The notes beneath the pieces are model-generated. The model made no database searches. It saw only the letters and a list, made by a program, of their open reading frames with translations, and was not told where the DNA came from. A stretch of 63,795 nt of DNA, the filler included, from Globobulimina sp. (taxonomy: Eukaryota): assembly GCA_003354225.1 (NCBI GenBank). It is 50 parts of 50 records of this genome, joined end to end, with 100 filler letters (N's around TTAATTAATTAA, not from the genome) between each part and the next. Parts side by side here need not be neighbours in the genome. Positions count along the whole stretch, not along the records: positions 1 to 1,179 come from PIVH01021574.1; positions 1,280 to 2,458 come from PIVH01021575.1; positions 2,559 to 3,737 come from PIVH01021576.1; positions 3,838 to 5,016 come from PIVH01021577.1; positions 5,117 to 6,295 come from PIVH01021578.1; positions 6,396 to 7,574 come from PIVH01021579.1; positions 7,675 to 8,853 come from PIVH01021580.1; positions 8,954 to 10,132 come from PIVH01021581.1; 42 more parts are not named here. One strand, 5' to 3'. Each line of letters opens with the position of its first letter. The stretch's first letter is position 1. The translations under genes were made by a program, and so were the position numbers. Shown here in pieces: positions 1 to 11,641 of the stretch.

Positions 1-2
1 AA

Positions 3-656
3 TTTAAAAACAATTATAAAAAGATACAAAAGATGCGCAACTCACAAACAAAACAACTATCAGATTATTATGATAATATTACATTAAAATTCAATAATGA
101 TAATCACTGGAATTCAATTGAACCAATCGAGAATAGCAATGGATATCAAACAATTACAAAATGTCAATATTTTACATGGATGCAATTGTGTGCTATTTAT
201 AATCCATATACAAATAATTTAAATATCCAGAAAGCTCATCGCCGATTGGTTGATAGATTAAAACATGAATCTCAACGGAAAAGGAGAAGGATGAGAGATA
301 GGAGGCGAAGACGAAGGATAAGAAGAAGGCGTGGTGGGAGATATTATAATTATGGTTATCGACATGTACAGCCCAGAATGTATGCAGTACACAGTTATGG
401 CTTTCAATTAGCCGGTAATCCAGCTATGCCATATGGTGTGGCTTATGCATATCCCATTACGTATCATAGTATGAAGGTGCCGGTGATTCATGGCGCTATG
501 ATGCATCCAGCAACGGGCATGATTCATCCATACACAGCTATGCCTCATCCGGCTTTATTTGGACCGCAAACAATGCATATGATGGGTGGGCATGGTGTCA
601 AATCAAAAGAAAAGACTGGAATGGAAAGATTGGTTCCTTTGCCTGCATTGTCATAA
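3..656 (+). CDS. Hypothetical protein, 5'-partial, with an Arg-rich tract and a Tyr/His/Pro/Met-rich C-terminus
   Basis: Frame open from the contig edge; RKRRRMRDRRRRRRIRRRRGGRYY followed by a low-complexity tail. Confidence 0.6.
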   Translation, partial: FKNNYKKIQKMRNSQTKQLSDYYDNITLKFNNDNHWNSIEPIENSNGYQTITKCQYFTWMQLCAIYNPYTNNLNIQKAHRRLVDRLKHESQRKRRRMRDRRRRRRIRRRRGGRYYNYGYRHVQPRMYAVHSYGFQLAGNPAMPYGVAYAYPITYHSMKVPVIHGAMMHPATGMIHPYTAMPHPALFGPQTMHMMGGHGVKSKEKTGMERLVPLPALS

Positions 657-1179
657 GTGAATAGAAGGAAAATAAAATAAGACTTACGTGTTGTGTCTTG
701 AGTGTGCAAAATTGTAAGTGTCGATAAGTTATACTTTTTATACAGAAACTGTTTGCTATAGCTTTGTGTTGGGTTTGTTCTGTGTTTGTTACAACTTTCT
801 CTTGAGTTTGTAAACCCAGAACAAAGTCAGAATAAATGTATACAAAGGGGGTGGGGGCTATCTTTTGGAATATATAAATCGTGTCTGGTTTTTTTGCAAC
901 ATCCTTTCTTCACAACACGGATTTACCGTCATTTATGAGGTATAAATAAAAAGAGCCATTATGGGGCCCATGATTATAATATTATATCACATTGGGTATT
1001 GAAAGAGAATTAATGGGTGATATGTATAATAAGCTTATGCAAATACATATTATTGTAACAACCACTGAAAATTAAGTTGGATGTAATACACAAAATTTAT
1101 ATTGATTTTAGATCAAGCTACAGAAATTACAGAATGCACGTGACAGAATGTAACGAATTAACATCCAGCGTTGCTCAAT

Positions 1180-1279
1180 NNNNNNNNNNNNNNNNNNNNN
1201 NNNNNNNNNNNNNNNNNNNNNNNTTAATTAATTAANNNNNNNNNNNNNNNNNNNNNNNNNNNNNNNNNNNNNNNNNNNN
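1180..1279. other. Artificial contig spacer N44-TTAATTAATTAA-N44 (first of 49, recurring every ~1278 bp)
   Basis: Identical palindromic all-frame-stop linker flanked by N runs; intervening contigs decrease 1179>1178>1177 bp. Confidence 0.99.
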
Positions 1280-2458
1280 ACTAAGACTGTAGCAACGTAT
1301 CTAAGCACAGAGATGCAGACAACATTACCACTGTCACTGATAAACCTAACTATGAATGGATTATTATTATATTCGCATGATATGATATTAATATATCGGC
1401 ATAAATTAGCATTGGATGAGCAACAAACGGATGAATTTTATGATTTATGTTCAAAATATTTATTAATGATCACCTCTTTATTTTGTCAAAATGGAATAAA
1501 AGAAACAAATAATATTGCATTGAATGACGATTTACAAATATTTGCTCAACAAAAAGAGTCAGATGAATATAAAAACCCATTCAAAGATTATGATGATTTT
1601 GGTGATAATTTTAAGTTTGAAATTGATGGACAAGAAGAAAAAGATGAGGTGAAAGAAGAAAAAGAAGAAGAACAAATATTTATTGATTTATCCATTGCTG
1701 AGTTGGAGGCAACAATGTGGACTCAAAGCAAAATCTTATATCATTTGATACGAATTTCGTCAGTGTTTAATGATTCTGATGATGAGGACATGATTATTGC
1801 TGATTTGATGGAGTTGATAGGGTTTGATGGCGCTGATTCGTTTCTCAATTTAGTGAGCTTTTTATTTGAAAATATTTTTGAAAGCTTGGATAGGAAAATG
1901 TATAAAAAATTTAATTTGTTAGAGATACCATCGTCGATTTCATATATTTTAAAATTTATAAATTTACATAAGTTTAACAAAGATAATGCATTAAATATCA
2001 AATCAAATATGATTAAAATTAAAAATATTTCCATCAAAAATGAATTGAATAAATTCGATGCGAATACACAATTTAAATTATTGCAAATCATGCATTCCGA
2101 CGATAAACTGTCATTTTTGGACAACGAAAAGATGTTAATGGAGACTTTAAAATTATTAATTGATTTAGTACCAAATAATGGTAACGATATTGATAAAGCA
2201 AATGATTTAATCAATTATATATTGCATGATGTATTATTATTAATCTCTGATCAAGAAATTATTGGTTATGATAATGACAAAATTATAGATTTTGCACAAT
2301 TTTTGATTAATTTGCTATGTAAAACAGATTTGCAAATCGGTGAGAAATATAATTTAAAATCAATAAAATTAAGCTCAGCAACGGAATACATCATTGTATG
2401 CAAATTATTTGTTGTTTTGTCTAAACCGTCCATGAAAAATGAGAAAATATTAAAACAA
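1280..2458 (+). CDS. Internal fragment of a large helical hypothetical protein (paralogue of 52403-53579)
   Basis: Uninterrupted ORF across the whole contig; last ~85 aa align with the start of the 52403-53579 ORF. Confidence 0.8.
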
Positions 2459-3050
2459 NNNNNNNNNNNNNNNNNNNNNNNNNNNNNNNNNNNNNNNNNN
2501 NNTTAATTAATTAANNNNNNNNNNNNNNNNNNNNNNNNNNNNNNNNNNNNNNNNNNNNTTATTTTCAATCATAAGTTGTGAATCCGATTCTTTATATTCA
2601 TCTTTCTCTTCTTCGACTTGGTGTTCCTCAGCTTCTGACACAATTTTTCTTGAATGAACTTCTAAAATGATATCCGAATTCGATCCACTTTGCAACAAAT
2701 ACTGACCGAAACATTTCAGTTGTTGAGTTTCATCAAATATGTTGTTATTTGTTATCTCTTCGGAATCGTCCAATCCTTTGATCGCAGCCATCACTCTAAT
2801 TCTAATTATATAGAGAAACTTTTATAAAATATACTCATAATTAACCAATGAAGCTCATAATTAATCAGTGAAACCTCTCATAATTGTGTTATATGTGCAG
2901 TGCTAATTTTTAATAGTTGTGCAGTATGTTTTTGTTGTCCCTGATCAGATAATTATATTGTGTCTATGATCAAGTTTTTTATTTTTTTCCTAGTTGCTGG
3001 CCATTGGTGCTTTACTTGAATCCATCTTAGACATATATACTGCCACAACG

Positions 3051-3737
3051 ATGATGAATCGATTGACTCCATACCTGATTCTAACATACTTATTCTTATT
3101 TATTTCCCAATGCGAATCGAAATCAAAAACAGAAACGAAACCAAAGAGAGCAAATATAATGTTTATATTAATGGACGATGTCGGTTGGCATGATGTCAGC
3201 TTCATGGGATCACAAATACCGACACCAAATATAGATGCATTACGCGCAGAATCCGTATTCTTAAGCAAACATTATATTCATTTAATGTGCAGTCCATCTC
3301 GTTCGCAAATAATAACCGGACGATATCCAATGTATCAAGGTTTTGTAATTAACATTTTTATCTTTTTCTAATATCAAGGTTTTGTTGCATGTAATTATCC
3401 AATGTATCATAGGTTTTGGTAAGATGATGCCTTGGGATTACACAGAATTGGGTGGTATTCCCGTTGGGTATGTTGTTTTTTGTTGTTTTTCGGTTATTTT
3501 TATTGTTTTTGCATTGTTAAAGGCAACCGACTGTTGCAAATTGGTTGAAATCAATTGGTAAATATGCTACGTATGCAGTGGGAAAGTGGCATATGGGTTA
3601 AGTTCATATATACACCGATTCAGATCAACAATCTGTTTTTTTTTATTATATTACATATATATTGAAAGGTTACGCATATCAAGGTTTACTGCCAGGTTCT
3701 CGAGGATTTGATCATTTTTACGGCTTTTATCAAGGCG
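3051..3737 (+). CDS. Secreted arylsulfatase (ARSB/I/J-like), 3'-partial; introns 3340-3412, 3468-3522, 3597-3668
   Basis: Signal peptide, NIMFILMDDVG, CSPSR formylglycine motif; splicing restores GKWHMG and RGFDHFYG in frame. Confidence 0.93.
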
Positions 3738-4312
3738 NNNNNNNNNNNNNNNNNNNNNNNNNNNNNNNNNNNNNNNNNNNNTTAATTAATTAANNNNNNN
3801 NNNNNNNNNNNNNNNNNNNNNNNNNNNNNNNNNNNNNTGAAAAGAATAAAAGGGTTAACAGAACAGGACGTTTTATTGACATAATCGACAGAATGATTGT
3901 TCAAATCTCAAAAACAGAAAAAGATTATGTTGATCGTATGAACAGGAGACACTGAAATAATTTATCCTTGGCATGATGAAACCTTCTTGTTTTTTTTATT
4001 ATTTTTCGCAATAAAATCCAAAAAATGTTTTATATTCTCATTACCAAATATCTTCTTGTTTGCACTTTGCATAATATAGAATCAGAAAATTTTGAATAAA
4101 AGATGTGTGACAATGTAATAGAGTTTTCCTATTTTGCTCATGAACAACTTTTTTTAATCATTTGTGAATTGTTAGAGACAGTATTTAAAAAGTAAAGTTT
4201 TTCAGTTTGCAAAGCAAAAAATTAGTCAATTTGTATTCAGCTCATTCTGTCAACAACAAACAGCTAAAAGCGCAATACCGTTATCTGTCTCTAATAAACT
4301 ATAAGGCGAATC

Positions 4313-4785
4313 ATGTCCGGTTGGGATTGTAATTCCTGTGCGTTACGAAACAATTATACACGTAAGACATGTCAGGCATGCTTTGTAAAACGAACTCAAT
4401 CCCCAAAACAGGTAGAACAAATTACATAATGTAAATAGGCATATCATATTCATATCATACCCGACTACCAATCAATGTAATTGCATTATTGCAAGGCCAG
4501 ATAACTAAATTAAACTTTAACTTAAACAAAAATACAATAAAGAATTGTATTGATTATCAAAATTGGACATCAACACAAGTCATAGACTGGATTGTAACTG
4601 CGGAAAAAGGAAAATTTAAAGAGTATCAATCCGCGTTAAAATATTCGTTTGCTGAGGAAGATATAGATGGCTCTTGTTTAGATGATATCGATCAAACTGA
4701 TGTTGAAATGTGGGGAATCAAACAACAAGATCAAAAGGGCATATTTGGTGTTATACAAAGCTTATTACAATTAAACATAAATTAA
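4313..4785 (+). CDS. RanBP2-type zinc finger + SAM domain protein; intron 4412-4500
   Basis: Exon 1 MSGWDCNSCALRNNYTRKTCQAC matches W-x-C-x2-C-x3-N-x6-C-x2-C; exon 2 WTSTQVIDWI...EEDIDGSCL...WGI is SAM-like; phase-0 GT..CAG join. Confidence 0.8.
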
Positions 4786-5116
4786 ATACGTCAATAGCTA
4801 ATTTGTGTGTCATTTATTTGACCACACCATACCATTTCGGTTGCTTTTTTCAATGTTTTTGGGTGTTTATTGTTAATTGAACGATTTTAATATATTAATA
4901 CATAGTTTGCTTTGATGCAAATCACAGCCTTCCGTTTTGCTGTAATTGTTTTTCCGAAATTTAGCAATATATAATTAAAGAACACTCTGTTTTGGAAAAA
5001 ACAACTTGATACTTTANNNNNNNNNNNNNNNNNNNNNNNNNNNNNNNNNNNNNNNNNNNNTTAATTAATTAANNNNNNNNNNNNNNNNNNNNNNNNNNNN
5101 NNNNNNNNNNNNNNNN

Positions 5117-6126
5117 CCATTTTTATCACTAATCCTGTGGACATATTCCCCTTTCCATTGGCTGCCACATTTCCATCGACTTTACTGACACAAAGAGCAT
5201 TTGAGACATTTTGCTCTGACGGCGTCAAATAAACGTTTCTGAAAAAAAGTAGTGCTTTGGACTTTAGATAATTATTATACAAACACAAAGTGTGGAAACA
5301 CAAAGTGTGGAAACACAAACCTTAAATAATTGTTGTTTTTAATAAAGTAAATGCCGTTACCACTATGTGCGTCGCTTTTGAGTAACCAGTCAGGATTTGC
5401 CTCGTTATCACAAGGTATCTGTCGAAAAAACTCAATCCGTTCTGTGCTGATCTGCAGATCATAGCTCATTGGTAACCATAATTGACAGTAATCTGCGATG
5501 CTATGCTGCATACAATATGACATAATGTATTTGTAAGTTTGTGTCTTATCACTTAGGCTTTTGAACTGACGAAAGGTAGCTTTGTATGAATTTAATTGTA
5601 TTTGTAAGCCGAGGCAGGCGACAGTATTATTGTTGTTGTTATGCATTGTTTTGTGGTTGTTTGCAATGTGTATCTTATTTTTATTGAATTTCATTTGTTT
5701 GATTTGTGTGTATCCCAAGGAATATAAATAAAAGATTGCAAATTGTATAGCGCAACAATCGTGATACAGGAAATTATACATTGAGGGTTTGCATTCATTT
5801 GCTTTGTTTGTGGGAATCAGGTATTTATTAAATTTGGTGGAGTTAATTGAGTCATGATCATATTCAATCAGATCGAATATAGAAAATCTAATTTTTATCT
5901 GGCCAACGATATTCCCTTCAATAGGATATGATGTATTTTGTGCATTCACTGTTATTCTCAAATCTTGTGTGGTCATTGTCAATATCGATGTGGCTTCCTT
6001 TCTGTTTTCGCCATGGATTGATATTTTTGACAAATATACAAAATGGGCAAACATCCACATAATAATCAATAGGAAAGTGCCATGTCGGCAAAATTTCAAT
6101 AGTTGTTTGTAACTGGAGGATGACAT
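5117..6126 (-). CDS. Tubulin-tyrosine-ligase-like (ATP-grasp) protein with N-terminal membrane anchor, 3'-partial; intron about 5240-5320
   Basis: WLPMSYDL...WLLKSDAHSGNGIYFI resembles TTL-family P-x-(T/S)-(F/Y)-x-L...W-I-x-K...G-x-G-I; hydrophobic segment near the N-terminus. Confidence 0.55.
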
Positions 6127-6170
6127 GGTACTCTGAAGTCACACTCCCAACAATAGTGTAAGAGCATCCG

Positions 6171-6295
6171 GTTTTCAGCGTCAGATTTTTATTGTTTCTG
6201 AGAAACGAAGGCAAACCTATATTATTTTTACCTTCATCAGTCACCAGAAACGGTTTGCTTATACCTTACCCCAATAAAAATCTGACGCTGAAGAC
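6171..6295. mobile_element. Putative MITE with 21-bp perfect terminal inverted repeats
   Basis: TTCAGCGTCAGATTTTTATTG (6174-6194) is the reverse complement of 6272-6292; the left end recurs at 46698-46730. Confidence 0.6.
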
Positions 6296-6395
6296 NNNNN
6301 NNNNNNNNNNNNNNNNNNNNNNNNNNNNNNNNNNNNNNNTTAATTAATTAANNNNNNNNNNNNNNNNNNNNNNNNNNNNNNNNNNNNNNNNNNNN

Positions 6396-7574
6396 AATAT
6401 GTTCCACCTGATGATGACTAATACTGTTATCCGCCTCATTTGTTTTATTATTCACATCATTCTCTCCATCCTCACTGCCAACATCATCGCCAACAACTTC
6501 ATCATTTTCATGAATTGACCGCAATCCAAACGATTTCCCAACAAACCACGCGTGATTTACATATTTGCGAAAGCAAAAATAAAGCAATGGTTCAATAATA
6601 TATCTCAGTACAATCCGTAAAATGATGGGTATCGCCTGAAATGGCGCAGGTAACACTGGCAAATCGTAGTGAGAGTAACATATTTTCCACCGATGTATAT
6701 TCACGTCGATTTCAGCGCGGCCTGCCACATTTTCATAGGTTTGGGTCATGACTGCAATTAAAAAATTAAGCAGTGTCACAACAGCCAAAATCACATAAAA
6801 TAAAACCAACGCATTGATTAATAATTCCCTGTAAGTGTTTGGATATTGGTCCTGAAAGTCACTGTTATCCATTCCATCCAACATGCCATAGATTATAGAA
6901 ATAAATGAGCCATCCCACGAATCAAAGCCATCCTGAGCTCCTGTGCTCATATAAAACACCGTGGCAAAGCCCACAATGAACACGAATACGAATATTATAA
7001 AATTGATAATGTCCCCAATCATTTTTATCATGGAAGTTACCATCAATCCCATGGTTTTGAAGGGGAATAACAACCACACAAATCTCAAACATACCGAAGC
7101 TATGGTCAGACACCATACTAATAAATAAACTGCATTGTAATTTGAATCAATACAGTGAGTGGCCATTAATCTCTCCGGACATACTTTGATCTCAAGAAAC
7201 ACCATCAACCGCAACACAAAGATACCAACATAGCCCACAATACTCGCCAAATCGAAGAAGTTTGTAAATTCTTTAGTATATCGGCTGTCGTTTATAATCT
7301 GATTGATTTCAGACAAAAAAAAGTTGCAATTTATTAAATGAAAAAGCATTTCTAAGCCATTCATGCTAGCACTCTGATACACAGATTGTAGCTCTGTCGC
7401 CATGTACAACGCAAACAGCATATGGCCCGTTGCTACAATGGACTCAAATTGCACTTTGCCAATGGGAGAAAAGAACCAATTCTTTGTAGAGTTTATAGTA
7501 AATACAAATTCTTTCATGTTATTCCAATTTATAAACATATTTATATAATCACTGAAGTATGTAATGCCCCATTG
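6396..7574 (-). CDS. TRP-family cation channel, transmembrane region (partial)
   Basis: NFFDL, MIKMIGDIINF, pore helix and S6 LLNFLIAVMTQTYENV followed by a TRP-like W and LPAPF. Confidence 0.85.
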
Positions 7575-7730
7575 NNNNNNNNNNNNNNNNNNNNNNNNNN
7601 NNNNNNNNNNNNNNNNNNTTAATTAATTAANNNNNNNNNNNNNNNNNNNNNNNNNNNNNNNNNNNNNNNNNNNNATCCAAGTGCAGTTTTTGAAGAAGTT
7701 TAAATAATTAAGTCAAGTTTTTGGAAAAGC

Positions 7731-8588
7731 ATGGCTTACCTTACACAGCCTGAGCCAGTTAAATAATTATCTATACATAGTAACAGCAGATTTATATAGA
7801 TATAAAATAAAAACAACAGACAAGAATTATGTTATTAGGCGCTCAATCGGTTGGGAAAAGTTCGATAACCATTCGAATGGTTGCGAATGAATACAATCCA
7901 CCGTATGATCCCACAATTGAAGCCTGTTACACGTTACTATTTTATATCAATATATGCAATTTCTAAAACATAAAACCTAAATTACAACAAACATTGCAAC
8001 AGATGCACCATATGTGTTGGCAATGAAAATGCGCTGTTGGATATATACGACACAGTCGACATTGCAACACACGAACTGCTTTCGCATCGGTCGACGTCTT
8101 TTGTTCGTGCTCTAGATACATATATGTTAATTTATGATGTTACATGTTTGCAATCATTCGAATATGTTCAACGAATATACACCAAAATATGGAGACATAG
8201 AGATGGAGAAAGAATAAATCTAATTTTAGTCGGAAATAAATCAGATTTAATTTGCTCGACATATTCAAAAGTGAACCATTTGGTGAATGGATTTATAAGA
8301 AATATTGAAGAGACATTCTTGATCAACATAGCCAGGGATATTAACAGCATTTGTTGCAGTTTCTTTTTCATAGCAAAGATAGAAGTGACCTCTCAAATGG
8401 CAGAGGAAGTTGCGGAATCATGGCATGTACCTTCCATTCAAACATCTGCCAAAACGGGAGAGAATGTCTTGAAAGCATTTGAAACATTGGTAAAGGAAAC
8501 CAAAAAAATGATAAACTTACCAGATCCGCGTAAACCTACTCGTTGTTCATGTTGTCAATGTGTTAATTGTACATGTGTTATAATATAA
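7731..8588 (+). CDS. Divergent Ras-family GTPase with internal insertion and CAAX; introns 7758-7819 and 7933-8002
   Basis: GAQSVGKS, YDPTIE, DTVD (degenerate G3), NKSD, TSAK, C-terminal CVII. Confidence 0.88.
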
Positions 8589-9398
8589 AACCAACGGTTG
8601 CCAATTGGTCCAGTTGTACATTTCTGTTGTTGTATTGTGGCGTCATATAGTTTGGCTGTCATCTGTTTCATAATACAGACCATAGTTTTAGTCCAAATTT
8701 TTTTCCCCGTCGACCTAGTAGTAGTAGTACAAAATTCAATCAGGACGTAAGTCCGATTCCAGGCTCACGGATTGCTGGAACATCCCCGTGAGGTTGTATA
8801 GGGCTCTATCGCTAGAGCCTGGAAGGAGGTGGAATTTCTTGTATTTTGCATATNNNNNNNNNNNNNNNNNNNNNNNNNNNNNNNNNNNNNNNNNNNNTTA
8901 ATTAATTAANNNNNNNNNNNNNNNNNNNNNNNNNNNNNNNNNNNNNNNNNNNNGGGCGTCGGCGTTAAGTGAAGGAGTAAAGCCACAGCCTCTTGTTATT
9001 GTGTTTGGATTTCGATAGGTATACAATAGCGAGTTAGTGGAGGGATCAGTTTGCACTGTAAAGGTTAGCGAGATTCAATATTTCTGTCAATGACTCAATG
9101 GTCATTTGAGGGAATGAAGGCAGCGTAACTTTGAAAACGCCATTTGAAATTACAATGTATTTGAAAGCATCCGAGCAATCCATTTGTTTCAGTTGTAAAT
9201 GAAATCCATTTGTTTCAGTTGCTCGCAATTTCCATTCAATAGAATTGTTTGAAACTATTCGGTTATTGTAAAACCATTCGCAGACAGATTACTTGTATAG
9301 GTATTGAAGATAATGCTGGATGTATTGCATTGAAATATGATCAGTAATATGGTGACAAGTGTTGGAAACACCATCTTTTTATACACTTGAGTCAAAGC

Positions 9399-9595
9399 AT
9401 GCAACTCGATTTTACAATATTTAAAACTAACACAACAAACTGTAATATTGATAAGAATAAAGATGAGATAATCAAAAATTGCGATCACTTATCAGTTATC
9501 ACGGATAGCATATGGCTTACGATATTACCAATTATTGTGTTCCAAAGAGAACAATGCGAATTCGGAATCGATATTTATTGAATTTTGTAGTGAGG
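9399..9595 (+). pseudogene. Frameshifted paralogue fragment of the 60808-61241 gene
   Basis: LDFTIFKT..TNCNI..EIIKNCDHL continues as RIAYGLRYYQLLC..IFIEFCS only after removing a 7-nt insertion (TTATCA-G-TTATCA, 9489-9501). Confidence 0.7.
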
Positions 9596-10232
9596 ATATC
9601 TGTGCCGAGGATTACTTTGACTTTCATGCGTCTCACTGATTGCGACTGCGATTCTGACATTTAATATTCAAATGAAATATTATATTGCTACAATAGCACT
9701 ATTTAGATTAAAATGTTTGAAGTGTGAGTTGATTTATTATTAGACTTAACTTTAACTTTAAATTTTATACTCGTTAAAAATAACTCTTTCTAGAAACAAA
9801 CACCAAAAACAAATCATTCATATGGTTATCTAATATCTATTAAAACCCATCGTTGAAAGATTTGGATTTAGATATAATTATTATATCGGAGTTTCGGATT
9901 TTAAAAATATACTTATTATATAGATACAGCTGTGTATTTTTTCTCAAAGTGTGTTGAAAAATAACTGTTTGCATTATTAGTTTGATATGCATAATTAATA
10001 AATTTATATTTTCCATCAGTATATGGCTTTATTTACTTCCATCCTTCAATGTGAACCTCGTCAGATCCTCATTTCGTAGTCTTTTTATAACGAAGTCACT
10101 CCATCTAACACACAAACTAAATAAGCAAACATNNNNNNNNNNNNNNNNNNNNNNNNNNNNNNNNNNNNNNNNNNNNTTAATTAATTAANNNNNNNNNNNN
10201 NNNNNNNNNNNNNNNNNNNNNNNNNNNNNNNN

Positions 10233-11411
10233 GCCGACGTGACCCAGGAACCGCCCATTTTCTTCCACTTCGGCTTCCTGTAACCACCTTCTTGCTTCTC
10301 TTTGGACTTCAAGCGGTGCATAAACGAGGTACAGTCGTCGCTGACGCAATTGCAACACGTATAGTCCTCAATAAATATCCATTCGTCCCATTTCTTGTCC
10401 CATCCGATGTAATGCACGAATATCGCCTGCAACTTATTCAATCTCCACAGCGCATTCTTTTGCGTGTTGTTCAGACGACTGCCGAACTCATCGTTCTCTT
10501 CAATCTCTTCACCGGCGGCTTTCACCGCTAATATGTCGGCCATGTACCACTTATTGCAACTGTCCAAGGCGCCCACTTTGGTGCCGGCTTTGAAGCGCAA
10601 CCAACGTTCGTCTTTGCGCAGGATTTTAATCTCGATTTGTACCTGGTTTGTGTCCTCGTCCTTACACGTTACCATATTCTCTTTGGTTTCTTCCAATTGG
10701 AAGTCCAATTTCTGGCGGCCGCGACCTCGCCGCTTATTCACCTTTTTCCGCCGCGTGGACGCCGCCCGCTTGCTTTTCTTGTCGTATTTGCGCTCATTGC
10801 CGTCCTCGTCGAGCTCGTAAATCACGCCAAAAGAGTCCAATTCGTCGAAGTCGACCTGGATGCACACAGTGGACGAGATTTCGTACAAAACGCGGGATAG
10901 CAGACACGATGGGTCTTTCCGCGTATATTTGACCTCTTTCATCTTCTTCATGTTGAAGGAGTTGGGTAAGGACCAATAAAAGAGGAAAATAATATTGTCC
11001 CACTTATTAAAATTGTTCCCTTTCTGCAGATTTATGGGCAAAATGGCATGGATGCCGGGCTGCAAATACCTGTTTTCGGCGTCGTTGATCAACACATTGT
11101 ACAACGACGTGGATATCGCGTTGTATTTGGTCAACATGTCCAAGACCTCGTACTTGGTGCCATATAAACCGATGGTTTGCACGTTCATTTTGCGCAATTT
11201 CTGGAAATATATGTCCTTTGCGAGGTATTTGCACGAATTGGGCACCAAAAAATTCACAAAGCGCTCGAAGTTGGTGGGGTCCAAAATATTTTTATTCACT
11301 AACGAAGCCTGCTGGTTTTCTAAGACGATTTGGATTAATTGGAAGGTTATGAACTGGTTATCGAAGATGCCAATACCGGTTACGGTCTTCTGATGGTTGA
11401 TGTTGAGGATG
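10233..11411 (-). CDS. Fragment of a large uncharacterised protein with a Tudor-knot/chromo-barrel-like domain
   Basis: Open across the contig; KVGALDSCNKWYMADILAV...IFVHYIGWDKKWDEWI; higher GC than most contigs. Confidence 0.7.
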
Positions 11412-11512
11412 NNNNNNNNNNNNNNNNNNNNNNNNNNNNNNNNNNNNNNNNNNNNTTAATTAATTAANNNNNNNNNNNNNNNNNNNNNNNNNNNNNNNNN
11501 NNNNNNNNNNNG

Positions 11513-11641
11513 CAAATGTTTTTGGATCGGAAAGAATTGTATTTTACCTCTCCATTTAAACAGCAATTTGAAGCAAATGCGAGACACAATGTTGCCAATG
11601 AAATAAAAATGCTACAAATAGCCGCCAATTACAATCAATGA
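11513..11641 (+). CDS. C-terminal end of a predicted HD-superfamily phosphohydrolase (COG4339-like)
   Basis: QMFLDRKELYFTSPFKQQFEANARHNVANEIKML resembles the FL-x-R-x-x-I-(Y/F)-x-T...E-x-x-A-R-x-N terminus; too short for the ORF track. Confidence 0.55.
   Translation, partial: QMFLDRKELYFTSPFKQQFEANARHNVANEIKMLQIAANYNQ

Noticed and set aside
10292-11393. Multiple overlapping short ORFs here and at 46035-46573 and 53628-53963
   Set aside because: Antisense or alternate-frame shadows of GC-richer or repetitive real genes.
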